DNA of 52,842 nucleotides, taken from IMG/VR virus record IMGVR_UViG_3300027657_000003, positions 1 to 52,842 of that record; one strand, given 5' to 3'. This document shows positions 17,751-26,856 of the stretch, piece after piece (position 1 is the stretch's first letter; the number at the start of each line of letters is the position of its first letter). Made by a program: the position numbers and the translations under genes. Origin of the DNA: a virus (lineage: Duplodnaviria > Caudoviricetes). Below the pieces are notes generated by a model that saw nothing but the letters and a program-made list of their open reading frames with translations, had not been told where the DNA came from and did not search any database.

Positions 17751-18388
17751 GCGAATCTCCCTGGCGCGCCCATCGCGCCGAGAATGTTTGCGATGCTCAT
17801 TTCCAGGCGCGGCGGCTCATACACACGAGCCCGCGCCGGTGAAATCCAAACGCCGACCGGCGTATCGCCGGCGTCCATCCGCACCCTCGCCTCCGGCCCC
17901 GCACGACCGGCGTCCACGATGGCAACGTGGTTGGCCATGATGTTTATCTGTCGAGCGTCATAGCGGCCGTACTGAGGGTGCTCGCCGCCCTCCTCGATCA
18001 AGTCCATCTCATACCCCGCCGATGTCGCGGTTTTCCCGCGCTCCATGTCAGCGATGGTCGCGGCATCAAAGACGGCCAGAGGGCCGCAAAGTCGCTCCGC
18101 ATCTCGGCGCACGGCTCCAACCGCGCCGACCGCATAGCGCCTCATGGTCGTCGTATCGAGCAGTCGCGGTGGATGGTCGTTCGTGACTGGCGCCAGTTCG
18201 TAGGACGCCATCGAGGCAGGCCGGAACACGTCCTCGGGAAGCCGCAACTCCCTCCGTATTGAGCCATCAGGCTGCAGATAGGCGAATACGCCAGGCATGG
18301 TAATGAGCGCGTCGCCAACCAGCCGCCCGTCGCTCATGCGGCGCGGCGGACGAAGCGGCGCGATGGCCATGTCGACGCGATAGGCCAT
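17747..18388 (-). CDS. Prohead maturation protease (DUF2213)
   Basis: GVFAY..RELRLPEDVF..PVTNDHP..SAGY..NHVAIVDAGRAG. Confidence 0.9.
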   Translation of the reverse strand: MAYRVDMAIAPLRPPRRMSDGRLVGDALITMPGVFAYLQPDGSIRRELRLPEDVFRPASMASYELAPVTNDHPPRLLDTTTMRRYAVGAVGAVRRDAERLCGPLAVFDAATIADMERGKTATSAGYEMDLIEEGGEHPQYGRYDARQINIMANHVAIVDAGRAGPEARVRMDAGDTPVGVWISPARARVYEPPRLEMSIANILGAMGAPGRFA

Positions 18389-19119
18389 CAGACGTATCGC
18401 CCTTCGATAAGCAGAGTGCCCGCCGGCAGCGTGACATCGCCCGTGGGCACGGTGTGAAACACCAACTCGTCATCGACATCGAGCACCAGATTGGCGTCCG
18501 TGGCCGACAGGGTAAGCTCCACAAACGTGTCAGCGGTCAGGGTCCCTTCGGCGCTGTCGGCCGTCGACCACGATGCAATAACCGTGGCGCCGCTGCGCAG
18601 CGAAATGTCGATATAGTCCGTAGCGCTTTCTGCCAGCCCGGTCGGGTTGATATACGAGACCCGGTCAATGCGATAGCGCTTCCCGAGCTTCCAGATCTTG
18701 GCGGTGATGACCTCTGCGTCGAGGCCGCCAGTCAGATTCTCGGCGGCAAATTCATCGTCGCCCGTGGCAAGCAGATTGCCCCCGGTTCCCGCCGTGTCGA
18801 CCACCAGATTCGTACTCGCGCCGACCGCTGTCTCGAAATTCGCTACCGTGGTCACTCCGTTCTCGAAGTGAAATACGATGTCGGGAAACGCGCTTTCATC
18901 CAGCGTCCCGGCCCCGGTCCCGTCCGCGACAAACGCAATGGTTGTGCTGTTGCCATCGGCGCCAGCCTCAGCAGCCGCGATGACCGTATCCACGTTGGTA
19001 GTCACCGTGCCGAGGTCGAGCGTCGCGGCCGTCAGCGGATCCGGGTCGAGCTGAGCATGCGCATACGGCATGCCCGCCACGCGGAACTGGCGGAAATCGC
19101 GCGGCCGCCGCAGCGTCAT
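18388..19119 (-). CDS. Putative virion decoration protein with internal insertion
   Basis: Paralogue of the upstream gene (YINPTGLA..EGRYV). Confidence 0.75.
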   Translation of the reverse strand: MTLRRPRDFRQFRVAGMPYAHAQLDPDPLTAATLDLGTVTTNVDTVIAAAEAGADGNSTTIAFVADGTGAGTLDESAFPDIVFHFENGVTTVANFETAVGASTNLVVDTAGTGGNLLATGDDEFAAENLTGGLDAEVITAKIWKLGKRYRIDRVSYINPTGLAESATDYIDISLRSGATVIASWSTADSAEGTLTADTFVELTLSATDANLVLDVDDELVFHTVPTGDVTLPAGTLLIEGRYV

Positions 19120-19541
19120 ACGAAGCGCCCCTCCAGCACAAGGCGCCCGGGCGACAGCGTCGCGGTCCCGGTCTCGTCGTAGAACACCGAAATTTCATCC
19201 CCGCCCTCGGCCACCATGTCGAGGTCCGTTGCCGAGTGGACGAGATCCACCCAGGTGTCCGCGACGAGAGCGCCCTGCCCACCCGGGCTGCCGCCGGTGG
19301 TCTGCGTCGACCAGTGCGCGGCGACGGTCGTGCTTTTGACGCGCACTTTGATGTCAAAGTAATTGTTCGCGTCCGCCGCCAGGCCCGTCGGGTTGACGTA
19401 GGTCGCGCGGTCCAGGCGGAAATTGCGCCCGGCCGGGACCTTGTAGAGCTTGACGGTGGTGTCGCCGGTGAGCTGGCCGTGCTCGTGCACGAGCGGCGTC
19501 ACGACATCCTGGAGAAAATCATTTGGGCGCCGCGGCTGCAT
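19116..19541 (-). CDS. Putative virion decoration protein
   Basis: Start MQPRRP aligns with the paralogue's MTLRRP; YVNPTGLA..EGRFV. Confidence 0.75.
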   Translation of the reverse strand: MQPRRPNDFLQDVVTPLVHEHGQLTGDTTVKLYKVPAGRNFRLDRATYVNPTGLAADANNYFDIKVRVKSTTVAAHWSTQTTGGSPGGQGALVADTWVDLVHSATDLDMVAEGGDEISVFYDETGTATLSPGRLVLEGRFV

Positions 19542-19639
19542 ATTCGCTATCTGCAGTGGTTTCCCGACCACCTGCAATCGCCGCCTTGTGGGCACACCGT
19601 CTTTGAATCGGATAGATATCTCCGCTACACAGCTTTCAA

Positions 19640-19668
19640 TTGCGTAGCGATCACAAACCGAATACGCT
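19640..19668 (+). promoter_or_regulatory. Sigma70-like promoter, leaderless
   Basis: TTGCGT-17 bp-TACGCT-6 bp-ATG(19675). Confidence 0.65.
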
Positions 19669-19674
19669 GCCCGT

Positions 19675-19881
19675 ATGAGCGATGAGAAGAACGCAACGAG
19701 CACAAAGCGGCCGTATGCCTATGTCCTCCGGCTCACCAAAGAGGAACGGCAGGCTGCGCGGCGGGCGGCCGGCGCAGCCGGCGCGGACATGGCCACGTAC
19801 TTTCGCCACCTCCTTCGCAAAGACACCGGGCTACCGACGTTGGGCATCCCGGTGCAGGGAGGCGAGCATGTCGCCGGGTGA
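19675..19881 (+). CDS. Ribbon-helix-helix DNA-binding protein
   Basis: YVLRLTKEERQAARRAAGAAGADMATYFRHLL (beta-alpha-alpha pattern). Confidence 0.7.
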   Translation: MSDEKNATSTKRPYAYVLRLTKEERQAARRAAGAAGADMATYFRHLLRKDTGLPTLGIPVQGGEHVAG

Positions 19882-20272
19882 TGGCAGGCCACCGCAGCCC
19901 GCGTCAAGCGCGCTGCAGAAAGAAATTGATCTGGCACTGGCGGCGTTTGGGCAATGGAAGGAGGCCCTCGAGCAAAACGCCGACACGCTGGCACACGCCA
20001 TGGCCGCAGCGTTACGGACATTCCACGAAACGATGCAAAGGCACCTAGATAGCGCCATATCCTCCCATCTGGAGCATGGCGTTGATCTTGGCGATATCGA
20101 GATACAGGAAATCCCGGCCACGCACACCACCGTGTTGCTCGTAGCCGGGAAAGAGGTGCTTCGCCTCTGGGCCGCCTATGACGCGGAGGCAGGCCGAATA
20201 GATTTGTTTCTACGCGAAACTGTTCCCGGCGCCATGGGCGGGATGACCATGGCGGGGATGGTATCTACGTGA
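19868..20272 (+). CDS. Hypothetical protein downstream of the RHH gene
   Basis: Start 19868 with SD GGAGG, overlapping the RHH stop. Confidence 0.65.
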   Translation: MSPGDGRPPQPASSALQKEIDLALAAFGQWKEALEQNADTLAHAMAAALRTFHETMQRHLDSAISSHLEHGVDLGDIEIQEIPATHTTVLLVAGKEVLRLWAAYDAEAGRIDLFLRETVPGAMGGMTMAGMVST

Positions 20273-20285
20273 GCGAAACGGCAAC

Positions 20286-21476
20286 CTACACGCCGCGCTC
20301 AAACCTGATTTTGAGCTTCTGGTTTGGAAATTCCGGCGCGACAAGCAGGCGATGACGGCCGTCGACCACCTCGTATGTCCCGTCGCGCAGGGCCGCCACA
20401 ATGACGCCTCGCCCCTGGTTCTGGCGTCCCTGGCGAAACAGGTCGCGAATCGACTGCAGCCGCTCCTCGCTGGTTGCTTTGATAGGCCGGTCGAATGCCG
20501 TGAATTTGCGCAGGTTCAAATCTGCGCCGGATATCTCGCGCTCAACACCTTCCGGGGGGATCTCCGAATACTTCGGCGGCTTGGTTGCCGCTGTGTTCAG
20601 GATTTCATCAAACACCGGCTCCGGGTAGCATCGGCACTGTATCGGCTGCCCTGGATGCCCGTCGCTTGGAGGGTCGTCCCACTGGAAGCGCTCGCCATCT
20701 CGGGCCCTGTGATCGTCGCGAACGCGCTCATCGCGCACCGTCCGCCAGATATAGGACTCCACGCCCATATCCTCCTGCCGCACCTGGTTGATACGTCCGT
20801 AGAGCTTGCCGATCTGGTCGCGGGCGATGAGCCGGGCCCGTGCGCGGCCGTCGTCGATGATGCCGGCGAGCTCGCGCTGCAGCTCGCGGGTGAGCGTTCC
20901 TGCCTGCAGACCCCTGGTCACCGCGCGCTCGATTTTGCTGATGATCTGATCGGGTATATCGCGAATCAGCGCCACGTTCTCGGTCACGAAGCCGTCGACG
21001 AGCGCACCCAGCTTCCTGTCGCTCATCAGGATATCAATGTCAAGCGCGGCGCGTATCTGCCGGCCAAGCTGCTCCCGATTGTGCTCGGAGGTGCGGCCGG
21101 CCAGGCGCTGCGCCAGGCGCTCAATCGAATCGATGCGCAGCGCCGAGCGCAGCTTGCCGGCCACCTGGGCGATGAGGTCGCGAACGCGCCGGCCCTCGCC
21201 GATATCCATCCGCACAAGGGCGTCCACGCGCTCGGAGCGCGCCCGCTCCAGCAGCGCCGGCAGCTCGAACTCAAGGGGCTGCAGTTCGCGCTGTACCTGC
21301 GCGACAAGATTCATGAGCTCGCGGGCATACTCGCGCTCGATGGCCCGCGGTGGCACCTGCCGGGGCAGCCGGCGGCGCGAGGTCCGGGCGATGCCAATGG
21401 CCCGCCGCGCCCTCAACATCTCGGCCGTCTGGCGGGTGCGCTCGTTGGCGTCCAGGCGGTACGCCGCGCCCATCAC
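20286..21476 (-). CDS. MuF / SPP1 gp7-like head morphogenesis protein with C-terminal ParB/Srx-like domain
   Basis: RARLIARDQIGKL..YIWRTVRDERVRDDH..HPGQPIQCRC; YEVVDGRHRL. Confidence 0.9.
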   Translation of the reverse strand: MMGAAYRLDANERTRQTAEMLRARRAIGIARTSRRRLPRQVPPRAIEREYARELMNLVAQVQRELQPLEFELPALLERARSERVDALVRMDIGEGRRVRDLIAQVAGKLRSALRIDSIERLAQRLAGRTSEHNREQLGRQIRAALDIDILMSDRKLGALVDGFVTENVALIRDIPDQIISKIERAVTRGLQAGTLTRELQRELAGIIDDGRARARLIARDQIGKLYGRINQVRQEDMGVESYIWRTVRDERVRDDHRARDGERFQWDDPPSDGHPGQPIQCRCYPEPVFDEILNTAATKPPKYSEIPPEGVEREISGADLNLRKFTAFDRPIKATSEERLQSIRDLFRQGRQNQGRGVIVAALRDGTYEVVDGRHRLLVAPEFPNQKLKIRFERGV

Positions 21477-22954
21477 TCGCCCTCGCCCGTGTCAGCCTCT
21501 CCAAGGACGCCGCGCAGGTCGCGCGCCCATACCCGCTCCATTGCATCCCGCAGCGCATTCCCTTCGCCACTTGGCCGGTCCTCGTCCGTCTCCGCCGCCG
21601 GCACGTCACCCTCCGGTGCATCGAGCAGAGCCCGGGCCGCAAAATCCACCTGGGTCTCAAACGAGTAGCCATCGCCGCCGAACCGCGCCAGCGCCACCTC
21701 CTCGGGGGATAGCACTCCAGATTGGATGTAGATCTGGTCGCTCTGGGCCTGCACCAGCCGCGCGTCTGCCCGCTCCTTGTCGCTGGGCTGATACAGCGGG
21801 CAGTATTCGACCGACCACAGATCCGGCTCTTTCCCCCGCGTGGGCGCATTGCGTGCGAGCATGATGAGTCGCAACAGCCGCTCGTGCCGCGGACGGAGTC
21901 CCTTCTGGTGCCGGCCTATCGTGTCGTAGAAAAACCGCGTATCGCTTTCGCCCGTGGCGTTCAGGCCCGCCGGGCTCTGCCCAAACAGTCTGGTTACGGG
22001 CATATCTGCGGCGGCGGCTAGCCTGGTAGCAAAACGGTCCAGGAGCTCTGGGAGCCCGGTCATCGGCGTGGCTTTGCGCTCGTACTCCTCGTTGGAGTCG
22101 AGGACGAGCATGCGCAACACGGACCGGCTCATAGCCATCGACTGCATTTTCTTGTAAAACGCTTTGTCATTGTCGGTGGCGAAGATTTGCGACAAGTTCT
22201 GTACCTTGACCACCGCCTGGGCGAAATCCGTCATCAGGATGGCCGCCGCCTCCCACGATAGCCCAAAATCGCGCAGCACCCCGTTCATCGAGGTGAGCAC
22301 CGAGTCTCCCCAGCCGGCCAGCGTGCCCGTTGGCTGGTCGCGGGTCACCCGAATGCCGGGCCAGATTATCAGCCTTGACTCGTGGATCTCCTGCATCATC
22401 GCCGCGCCGCGGCCAGCAATCGGATGCAGGCGATAGGTCATCGGCTCGCCGTATTTCCTGTCGCGCGGGTCATCGTAATAGGTCGCGGGGGAGAGCTCGC
22501 GCGGCTCGAACACCGTCAGGTGCTCAATCTCCATGATGTTTTGCTCGCGCAGCGGCTCGCGCAGGTCGGCAGCGCCGTCATTGCAATACGGCATGATGGC
22601 GGCCCCGCCATACGCCCGCTGGAACTCCTCGGCCCGCTGCAGCTTGGCATCCACCTCGAGGTCTTCGCAGAACGCCGTCAGCTTCTCGGCCACCGCCTTG
22701 TCCTGCATGCGCAGCTCCCCGCCGGCGCGCAGCATCTCCCCGGGGATAACCTCGATGACCTTCTTCGCGATATCGTTTCCGCGCCACAGATCCGCCGCTT
22801 CGACATCGGTCACCGGCGCCAGGCCGAAGCGCACAGCCGTCCGCGGGTCGCGCTCCTGGGTCCCCACGCCGAGCAGCGCGCTTTGCCATCCATCCTGCCG
22901 CGCCTCGGGCAACTGCCGCCGAGAGCGCGCCCAGGGCTTCCACCATGGTGCCAT
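21473..22954 (-). CDS. Portal protein (DUF1073)
   Basis: RAYGGAAI..IHESRLI..WGDSVL..AADMPVTRLFGQSPAGLNATGESD. Confidence 0.95.
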   Translation of the reverse strand: MAPWWKPWARSRRQLPEARQDGWQSALLGVGTQERDPRTAVRFGLAPVTDVEAADLWRGNDIAKKVIEVIPGEMLRAGGELRMQDKAVAEKLTAFCEDLEVDAKLQRAEEFQRAYGGAAIMPYCNDGAADLREPLREQNIMEIEHLTVFEPRELSPATYYDDPRDRKYGEPMTYRLHPIAGRGAAMMQEIHESRLIIWPGIRVTRDQPTGTLAGWGDSVLTSMNGVLRDFGLSWEAAAILMTDFAQAVVKVQNLSQIFATDNDKAFYKKMQSMAMSRSVLRMLVLDSNEEYERKATPMTGLPELLDRFATRLAAAADMPVTRLFGQSPAGLNATGESDTRFFYDTIGRHQKGLRPRHERLLRLIMLARNAPTRGKEPDLWSVEYCPLYQPSDKERADARLVQAQSDQIYIQSGVLSPEEVALARFGGDGYSFETQVDFAARALLDAPEGDVPAAETDEDRPSGEGNALRDAMERVWARDLRGVLGEADTGEGE

Positions 22955-22960
22955 TGGCTC

Positions 22961-22990
22961 ACCGTGGCGCGTATTCGTCGGCTATCGCAA
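22961..22990 (-). promoter_or_regulatory. Candidate leaderless promoter for the portal gene
   Basis: TTGCGA-18 bp-CACGGT-6 bp-ATG(22954). Confidence 0.45.
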
Positions 22991-23016
22991 CGGACTCAGA
23001 TTATCAGACGCGCCTT

Positions 23017-23511
23017 TTATTCCACTTGATATCCCGTGGATATCGATTCACACCGGAAGCGCTCGGCCTTGACCGCCTCAGCTGCCTTGATGGCCTGCTC
23101 CACCTCTTCGGCCGTGAGCTCGCCGGCAGTCGCCACGACAGTCATGGTGCCGTCGCTCATCGCGCTGACCATGGCGCGTGCTGGCATGTCGTCCGCCTCA
23201 TACAATGGGAGCATGCCGGCGCGTGAGAACAGCGAGATAGCCCCTGTCGCTGGCGACAGCACTCGGCGCAGCTTCCCGATATATTGTGGATTGGCCACCA
23301 CGTACACCACGACAGGCGGCAGACCTCGCACCATATCGACGCATGCATCGAGGTCGGCGATGGTGAGGCCCTTGCTGGGCTCCGGCTCATTGCTGCAGAC
23401 CACGGCTTCATCGCGGGCGTTCATCTCTGCAGCAGCCCAGCGCGCATGACCGTAGCCGTAGGTGGCCGGCAATACGGCCGTCGCACGCAGGCGTGGTACT
23501 TTGCCGCTCAT
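23017..23511 (-). CDS. Hypothetical protein
   Basis: Start 23511 by ATGA coupling. Confidence 0.6.
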   Translation of the reverse strand: MSGKVPRLRATAVLPATYGYGHARWAAAEMNARDEAVVCSNEPEPSKGLTIADLDACVDMVRGLPPVVVYVVANPQYIGKLRRVLSPATGAISLFSRAGMLPLYEADDMPARAMVSAMSDGTMTVVATAGELTAEEVEQAIKAAEAVKAERFRCESISTGYQVE

Positions 23512-23897
23512 GGCGCCCACCCAACAATCTTGGTGATTGGTGTCGGCGACTTGGCAAGAAAGCCCTCCCCGCCGCACAACTTGCATGGCTCCCAGACGGT
23601 GACTTTTTGCGCAACATACAGGGGGCGCTCGTGCACTTCCCCCGACCATTCATCTCGGACGTCCTCATATCCGACGTGCTTTTGCACGGTCGTCGTTCGC
23701 CCTGTCGAAACCTTGCCCTCGGAGCGGCATTGTGGGCATGGGTGTTTCAGTCCGCGCTGTCCCGCAGCATATGCGCGCTTGCAGCGTTCATGCATGATCA
23801 AATTTTGGAATATGATAATCGGTGCCGACCGCAAATCTTGAAGACATGCTGGGCATACACCATGTCCTTGAACCTGGATGATCGTCTCTGAACTCAT
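23508..23897 (-). CDS. Zinc-finger protein (DnaJ-type CxxCxxxG motifs)
   Basis: CPAC..HERC, CPQCRSEG, CKLCGGEG. Confidence 0.7.
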   Translation of the reverse strand: MSSETIIQVQGHGVCPACLQDLRSAPIIIFQNLIMHERCKRAYAAGQRGLKHPCPQCRSEGKVSTGRTTTVQKHVGYEDVRDEWSGEVHERPLYVAQKVTVWEPCKLCGGEGFLAKSPTPITKIVGWAP

Positions 23898-23917
23898 CGC
23901 CCGCCATCGTAACGCAA

Positions 23918-24250
23918 TCAAGCGCCGCTTTGGCGGCATTTTTGTATGCGCGCCGCGATTCGTTCCTCGACAAAATCCGCCATATCAGGCTCATCTCCCG
24001 GCCACGCCTCGTACACGGCCCGCCCGTACTCCTTGCCCCATCGCTCGGCATCCTCGCGATATGGCGATGATGCCAGGTATGAGTCCACCAAGCTCACGCC
24101 ATTGCCCTCTGCTTCGGCCCACGTTCGCCATCCCTCCGGCCTATTCAAGTCCGGCATCGGCGAGCTGTGCACCCGGCATGGCGCCGGCTCATCGCATCCT
24201 GGCCGTCGGCAGCGCGCCGCGCCCGTGCTTATCTCCACTCCAAATCCCAT
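23918..24250 (-). CDS. Hypothetical protein
   Basis: ATG 1 nt after the upstream stop; CRRPGC..CRVH. Confidence 0.55.
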   Translation of the reverse strand: MGFGVEISTGAARCRRPGCDEPAPCRVHSSPMPDLNRPEGWRTWAEAEGNGVSLVDSYLASSPYREDAERWGKEYGRAVYEAWPGDEPDMADFVEERIAARIQKCRQSGA

Positions 24251-24251
24251 G

Positions 24252-24665
24252 TCAGCAACCCGCCGCGTCATCATTTCCATCCCATGCAAACACGGTGATG
24301 ATCATCAGCATTCCAACCTGATCGCCGGGCGCGGGCGCCCTGTTTACTATTTCCTGCAGCAGCTGGCAGAGATTCTCATCACCCCACGCGCGAATCTTTT
24401 GCCATTCCACATCGAGCCCTCTCCGATTTGGAACACCCACCTGATGTCCGACATAGCGACGCACAGGCGGGCGCTGTGGGCCACCCTGGCCAAGAGCATG
24501 CTCTTGCAGGTGTAGCTCCGCCACACCCCAAGGCATACATTCAGCAAGGTCTGCCCGTTCAGCCCAATTGCCACCGACGCCGCCAACGACGGGGACCGGG
24601 TGAATGAAGACCGGTACCGGTGTACCCGGGTGAATGAAGGAACGTTCATCAACGGTCACTCCCAT
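24252..24665 (-). CDS. Hypothetical protein
   Basis: Fits between neighbours with 1-nt gaps; SD GGAG. Confidence 0.45.
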   Translation of the reverse strand: MGVTVDERSFIHPGTPVPVFIHPVPVVGGVGGNWAERADLAECMPWGVAELHLQEHALGQGGPQRPPVRRYVGHQVGVPNRRGLDVEWQKIRAWGDENLCQLLQEIVNRAPAPGDQVGMLMIITVFAWDGNDDAAGC

Positions 24666-24666
24666 A

Positions 24667-25251
24667 TCATTCTCCGCTCAAGAAGTCCTGATAGGCCACC
24701 CTGCAGGCTTCGCAGCCACACTTTCCGGCGCACCCAGATTCGCACTCGGCAGGGCAGGTGCCAAGCTCCCCATCGTAATCCACACAGTGCTCGGGTCGGC
24801 CGACGCGCCCGCCGAGCTTGTAATATATCGATTGCAGCTCGGGATTTGACAGGACAGCGCCAGCGATTCCCGATCCGCACTCGACGAGCGCCTGCCAGAC
24901 ATCATAAAGCGCCGGCTGTGCCATTTCCGCATCGCGCCCGCCCTCGATCTCTCGCAACGCGGCCTCGGCCTCGCCACCCATATAGCCGCAGCACATGTCG
25001 CACTGCCTCCAGTGCCGCACAAGCGCCAGCTTCTCTTCCCATGTCAACGCCTCTCGGTCGCCCGTGGTTCCGGAGCCTCCGGACGTTGCATCGCGCAGCA
25101 GCGTCGTCGCAAGCATCTTCTTCGCCAGCTCCTCGGCGGCACCTGGCCTGCCGGCCATCAGGTCAACGATCGCCTCCCGGCTCACAGCATCGTTTGTCTT
25201 TGGCTTGTCTCTCAGTATCGCCTCGCGTATTCGTTGTTCCTCTATCGTCAT
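24667..25251 (-). CDS. Cys-rich hypothetical protein
   Basis: C-terminal CPAECESGCAGKCGCEAC; follows terL. Confidence 0.65.
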   Translation of the reverse strand: MTIEEQRIREAILRDKPKTNDAVSREAIVDLMAGRPGAAEELAKKMLATTLLRDATSGGSGTTGDREALTWEEKLALVRHWRQCDMCCGYMGGEAEAALREIEGGRDAEMAQPALYDVWQALVECGSGIAGAVLSNPELQSIYYKLGGRVGRPEHCVDYDGELGTCPAECESGCAGKCGCEACRVAYQDFLSGE

Positions 25252-25263
25252 ACGCGCACCATA

Positions 25264-26856
25264 TCACCTGTACGCCGCCAGAAACAGCGAAAGCGAGGGG
25301 TCGGAGCGGAGATCGATAAGCGCCTGGCAAAGCGTGTCGACGCGGTCATTCCGGGAGCCTTTGGGAAACATGGCGAACTGGCTCACAAACGCATCGAGCC
25401 ATGGTGCCCCCTCGGCAAGATACACGTCACCCGCCTCGATCTGCGGCTGCGCAAGCGCGGCCCGGGCCTCCTTCGACACCGTCGGCGAGACCGTCACGAC
25501 CCCCGGGACACCGGCTTCTTGCAGGCTCTCGACGATGGCCGGCCCGAGGGCCTTGTCCTCCACGATGACCTTGACCGCGTTCCAGCGCCGCCAGAGCTCG
25601 ATGATCAGTTCGCACGCCTCGCGGACGCTGTGATGCCCTGATTTGTCGTCCAGCACGAACCGCTTGGCCCCGGCAGCTCCGATCGCCTGGATGCCCGTCT
25701 CGGAGCCCGACACCGTCTTCTTGCCGCTGGCGTCCACGCTTATGACGGTGATGTCCAGCTTCGGCAGAATGACGGACGGCTCGCTCGCGCATCCAGTCGG
25801 CCGCGCCGGCCATGGCCCCTCGTGCTCAGCCCAGAATCGCCACCATGACCGCTGGAATATGCCGCCCTTGGCCGGCTCCGGGTCCTGGTTGTACTGGCCG
25901 CTGAATCCGTAGCTGCCCAGGCGCACCCGCTCGCTCTCGACCACCGCCGGCGTAAAGCGCACCGGGTCCATGATGGCACCGTCCTCGGTGCGAGGGTCCC
26001 GCCATGTCTCCTCGCCACCCGGGCGATAGCGGTTGTCGTTCCCCACCGGCATCGCCGTGGCGCAGGCCTTCTCGCGCGAAAATTCGAGCGGCACGCGAAG
26101 GTGACACCACCGCGGCTGGGCTGGGTCGTCCTTCGCCGCCTTGAGCACGTATCCCGACCAGTCCTCCTCGTGCACCCGTTGCATGATGCCAATGCGGATC
26201 GAGGCGCGCAGGTCGCGCACGCGGTTCCACATGGCGTTCTTCCACTTGTTGATGACCGCCACCCGCGCCGCCTCCGAGTTCACCTCCTCGGCATCGTGGG
26301 GATCGTCGGGCAGGATGCAATCCGCGCCCTCGCCGGTGATGGCCGAGAACCAGCCCCGGCTCTTGCGGTACCCCAGCTTCACCACTCCCCCATGCTCGTC
26401 CGGTGCCTCAATGCCGAAGTCGCTGAGCGCATCCCGGTCATCCTTGAGCGTCCAGCTCGGGGCAAACCAAGTCTGATACCACGTGGATAAAATGAGGTCG
26501 CGCGAATCCCGCGCATTGTCGGCCGCTACGCGTGGGTTTGCGCTCAAGGTGATGAACGTCATCTCAGGCCAATGCAGCCACGCCCAGGCCGGCGCGCACA
26601 CGCTCACAATGCGGGACTTGAGCGACCGCGGCGGGATGTTGATAAGCAGGTTCTGCACCTGCATCTCGTACGCCGGGCCCGCCCGCTTCCGCGCCCATTC
26701 CTCCATCGTCCACTGGACATGGTCGCAGATGGCATCGAGGTGCCAGCCCCAGTCCAGGGGCGTGCCGGGCTCGATCGCACCCCAGCCGTAGCGCACGAAG
26801 TCGGCCAGCCGCCGCCGGCACTTCTCCGCCCGGACATCCTGCAGAGTCGGCCCCAC
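25264..26856 (-). CDS. terL: Terminase large subunit
   Basis: Walker A NIPPRSLKS, Walker B ILPDDP, IMQRVHEED, nuclease ISVD..EDKALG..NDRVD. Confidence 0.96.
   Translation of the reverse strand: MGPTLQDVRAEKCRRRLADFVRYGWGAIEPGTPLDWGWHLDAICDHVQWTMEEWARKRAGPAYEMQVQNLLINIPPRSLKSRIVSVCAPAWAWLHWPEMTFITLSANPRVAADNARDSRDLILSTWYQTWFAPSWTLKDDRDALSDFGIEAPDEHGGVVKLGYRKSRGWFSAITGEGADCILPDDPHDAEEVNSEAARVAVINKWKNAMWNRVRDLRASIRIGIMQRVHEEDWSGYVLKAAKDDPAQPRWCHLRVPLEFSREKACATAMPVGNDNRYRPGGEETWRDPRTEDGAIMDPVRFTPAVVESERVRLGSYGFSGQYNQDPEPAKGGIFQRSWWRFWAEHEGPWPARPTGCASEPSVILPKLDITVISVDASGKKTVSGSETGIQAIGAAGAKRFVLDDKSGHHSVREACELIIELWRRWNAVKVIVEDKALGPAIVESLQEAGVPGVVTVSPTVSKEARAALAQPQIEAGDVYLAEGAPWLDAFVSQFAMFPKGSRNDRVDTLCQALIDLRSDPSLSLFLAAYR

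Noticed and set aside
24596-24639. CCGGGTGAATGAAG twice around the palindrome ACCGGTACCGGT as a mini-CRISPR or operator
   Set aside because: Only two 14-bp copies; the 30-bp period fits an in-frame peptide duplication (FIHP)
25264-26856. Intein or intron in terL
   Set aside because: Normal length (530 aa) and no splicing motifs
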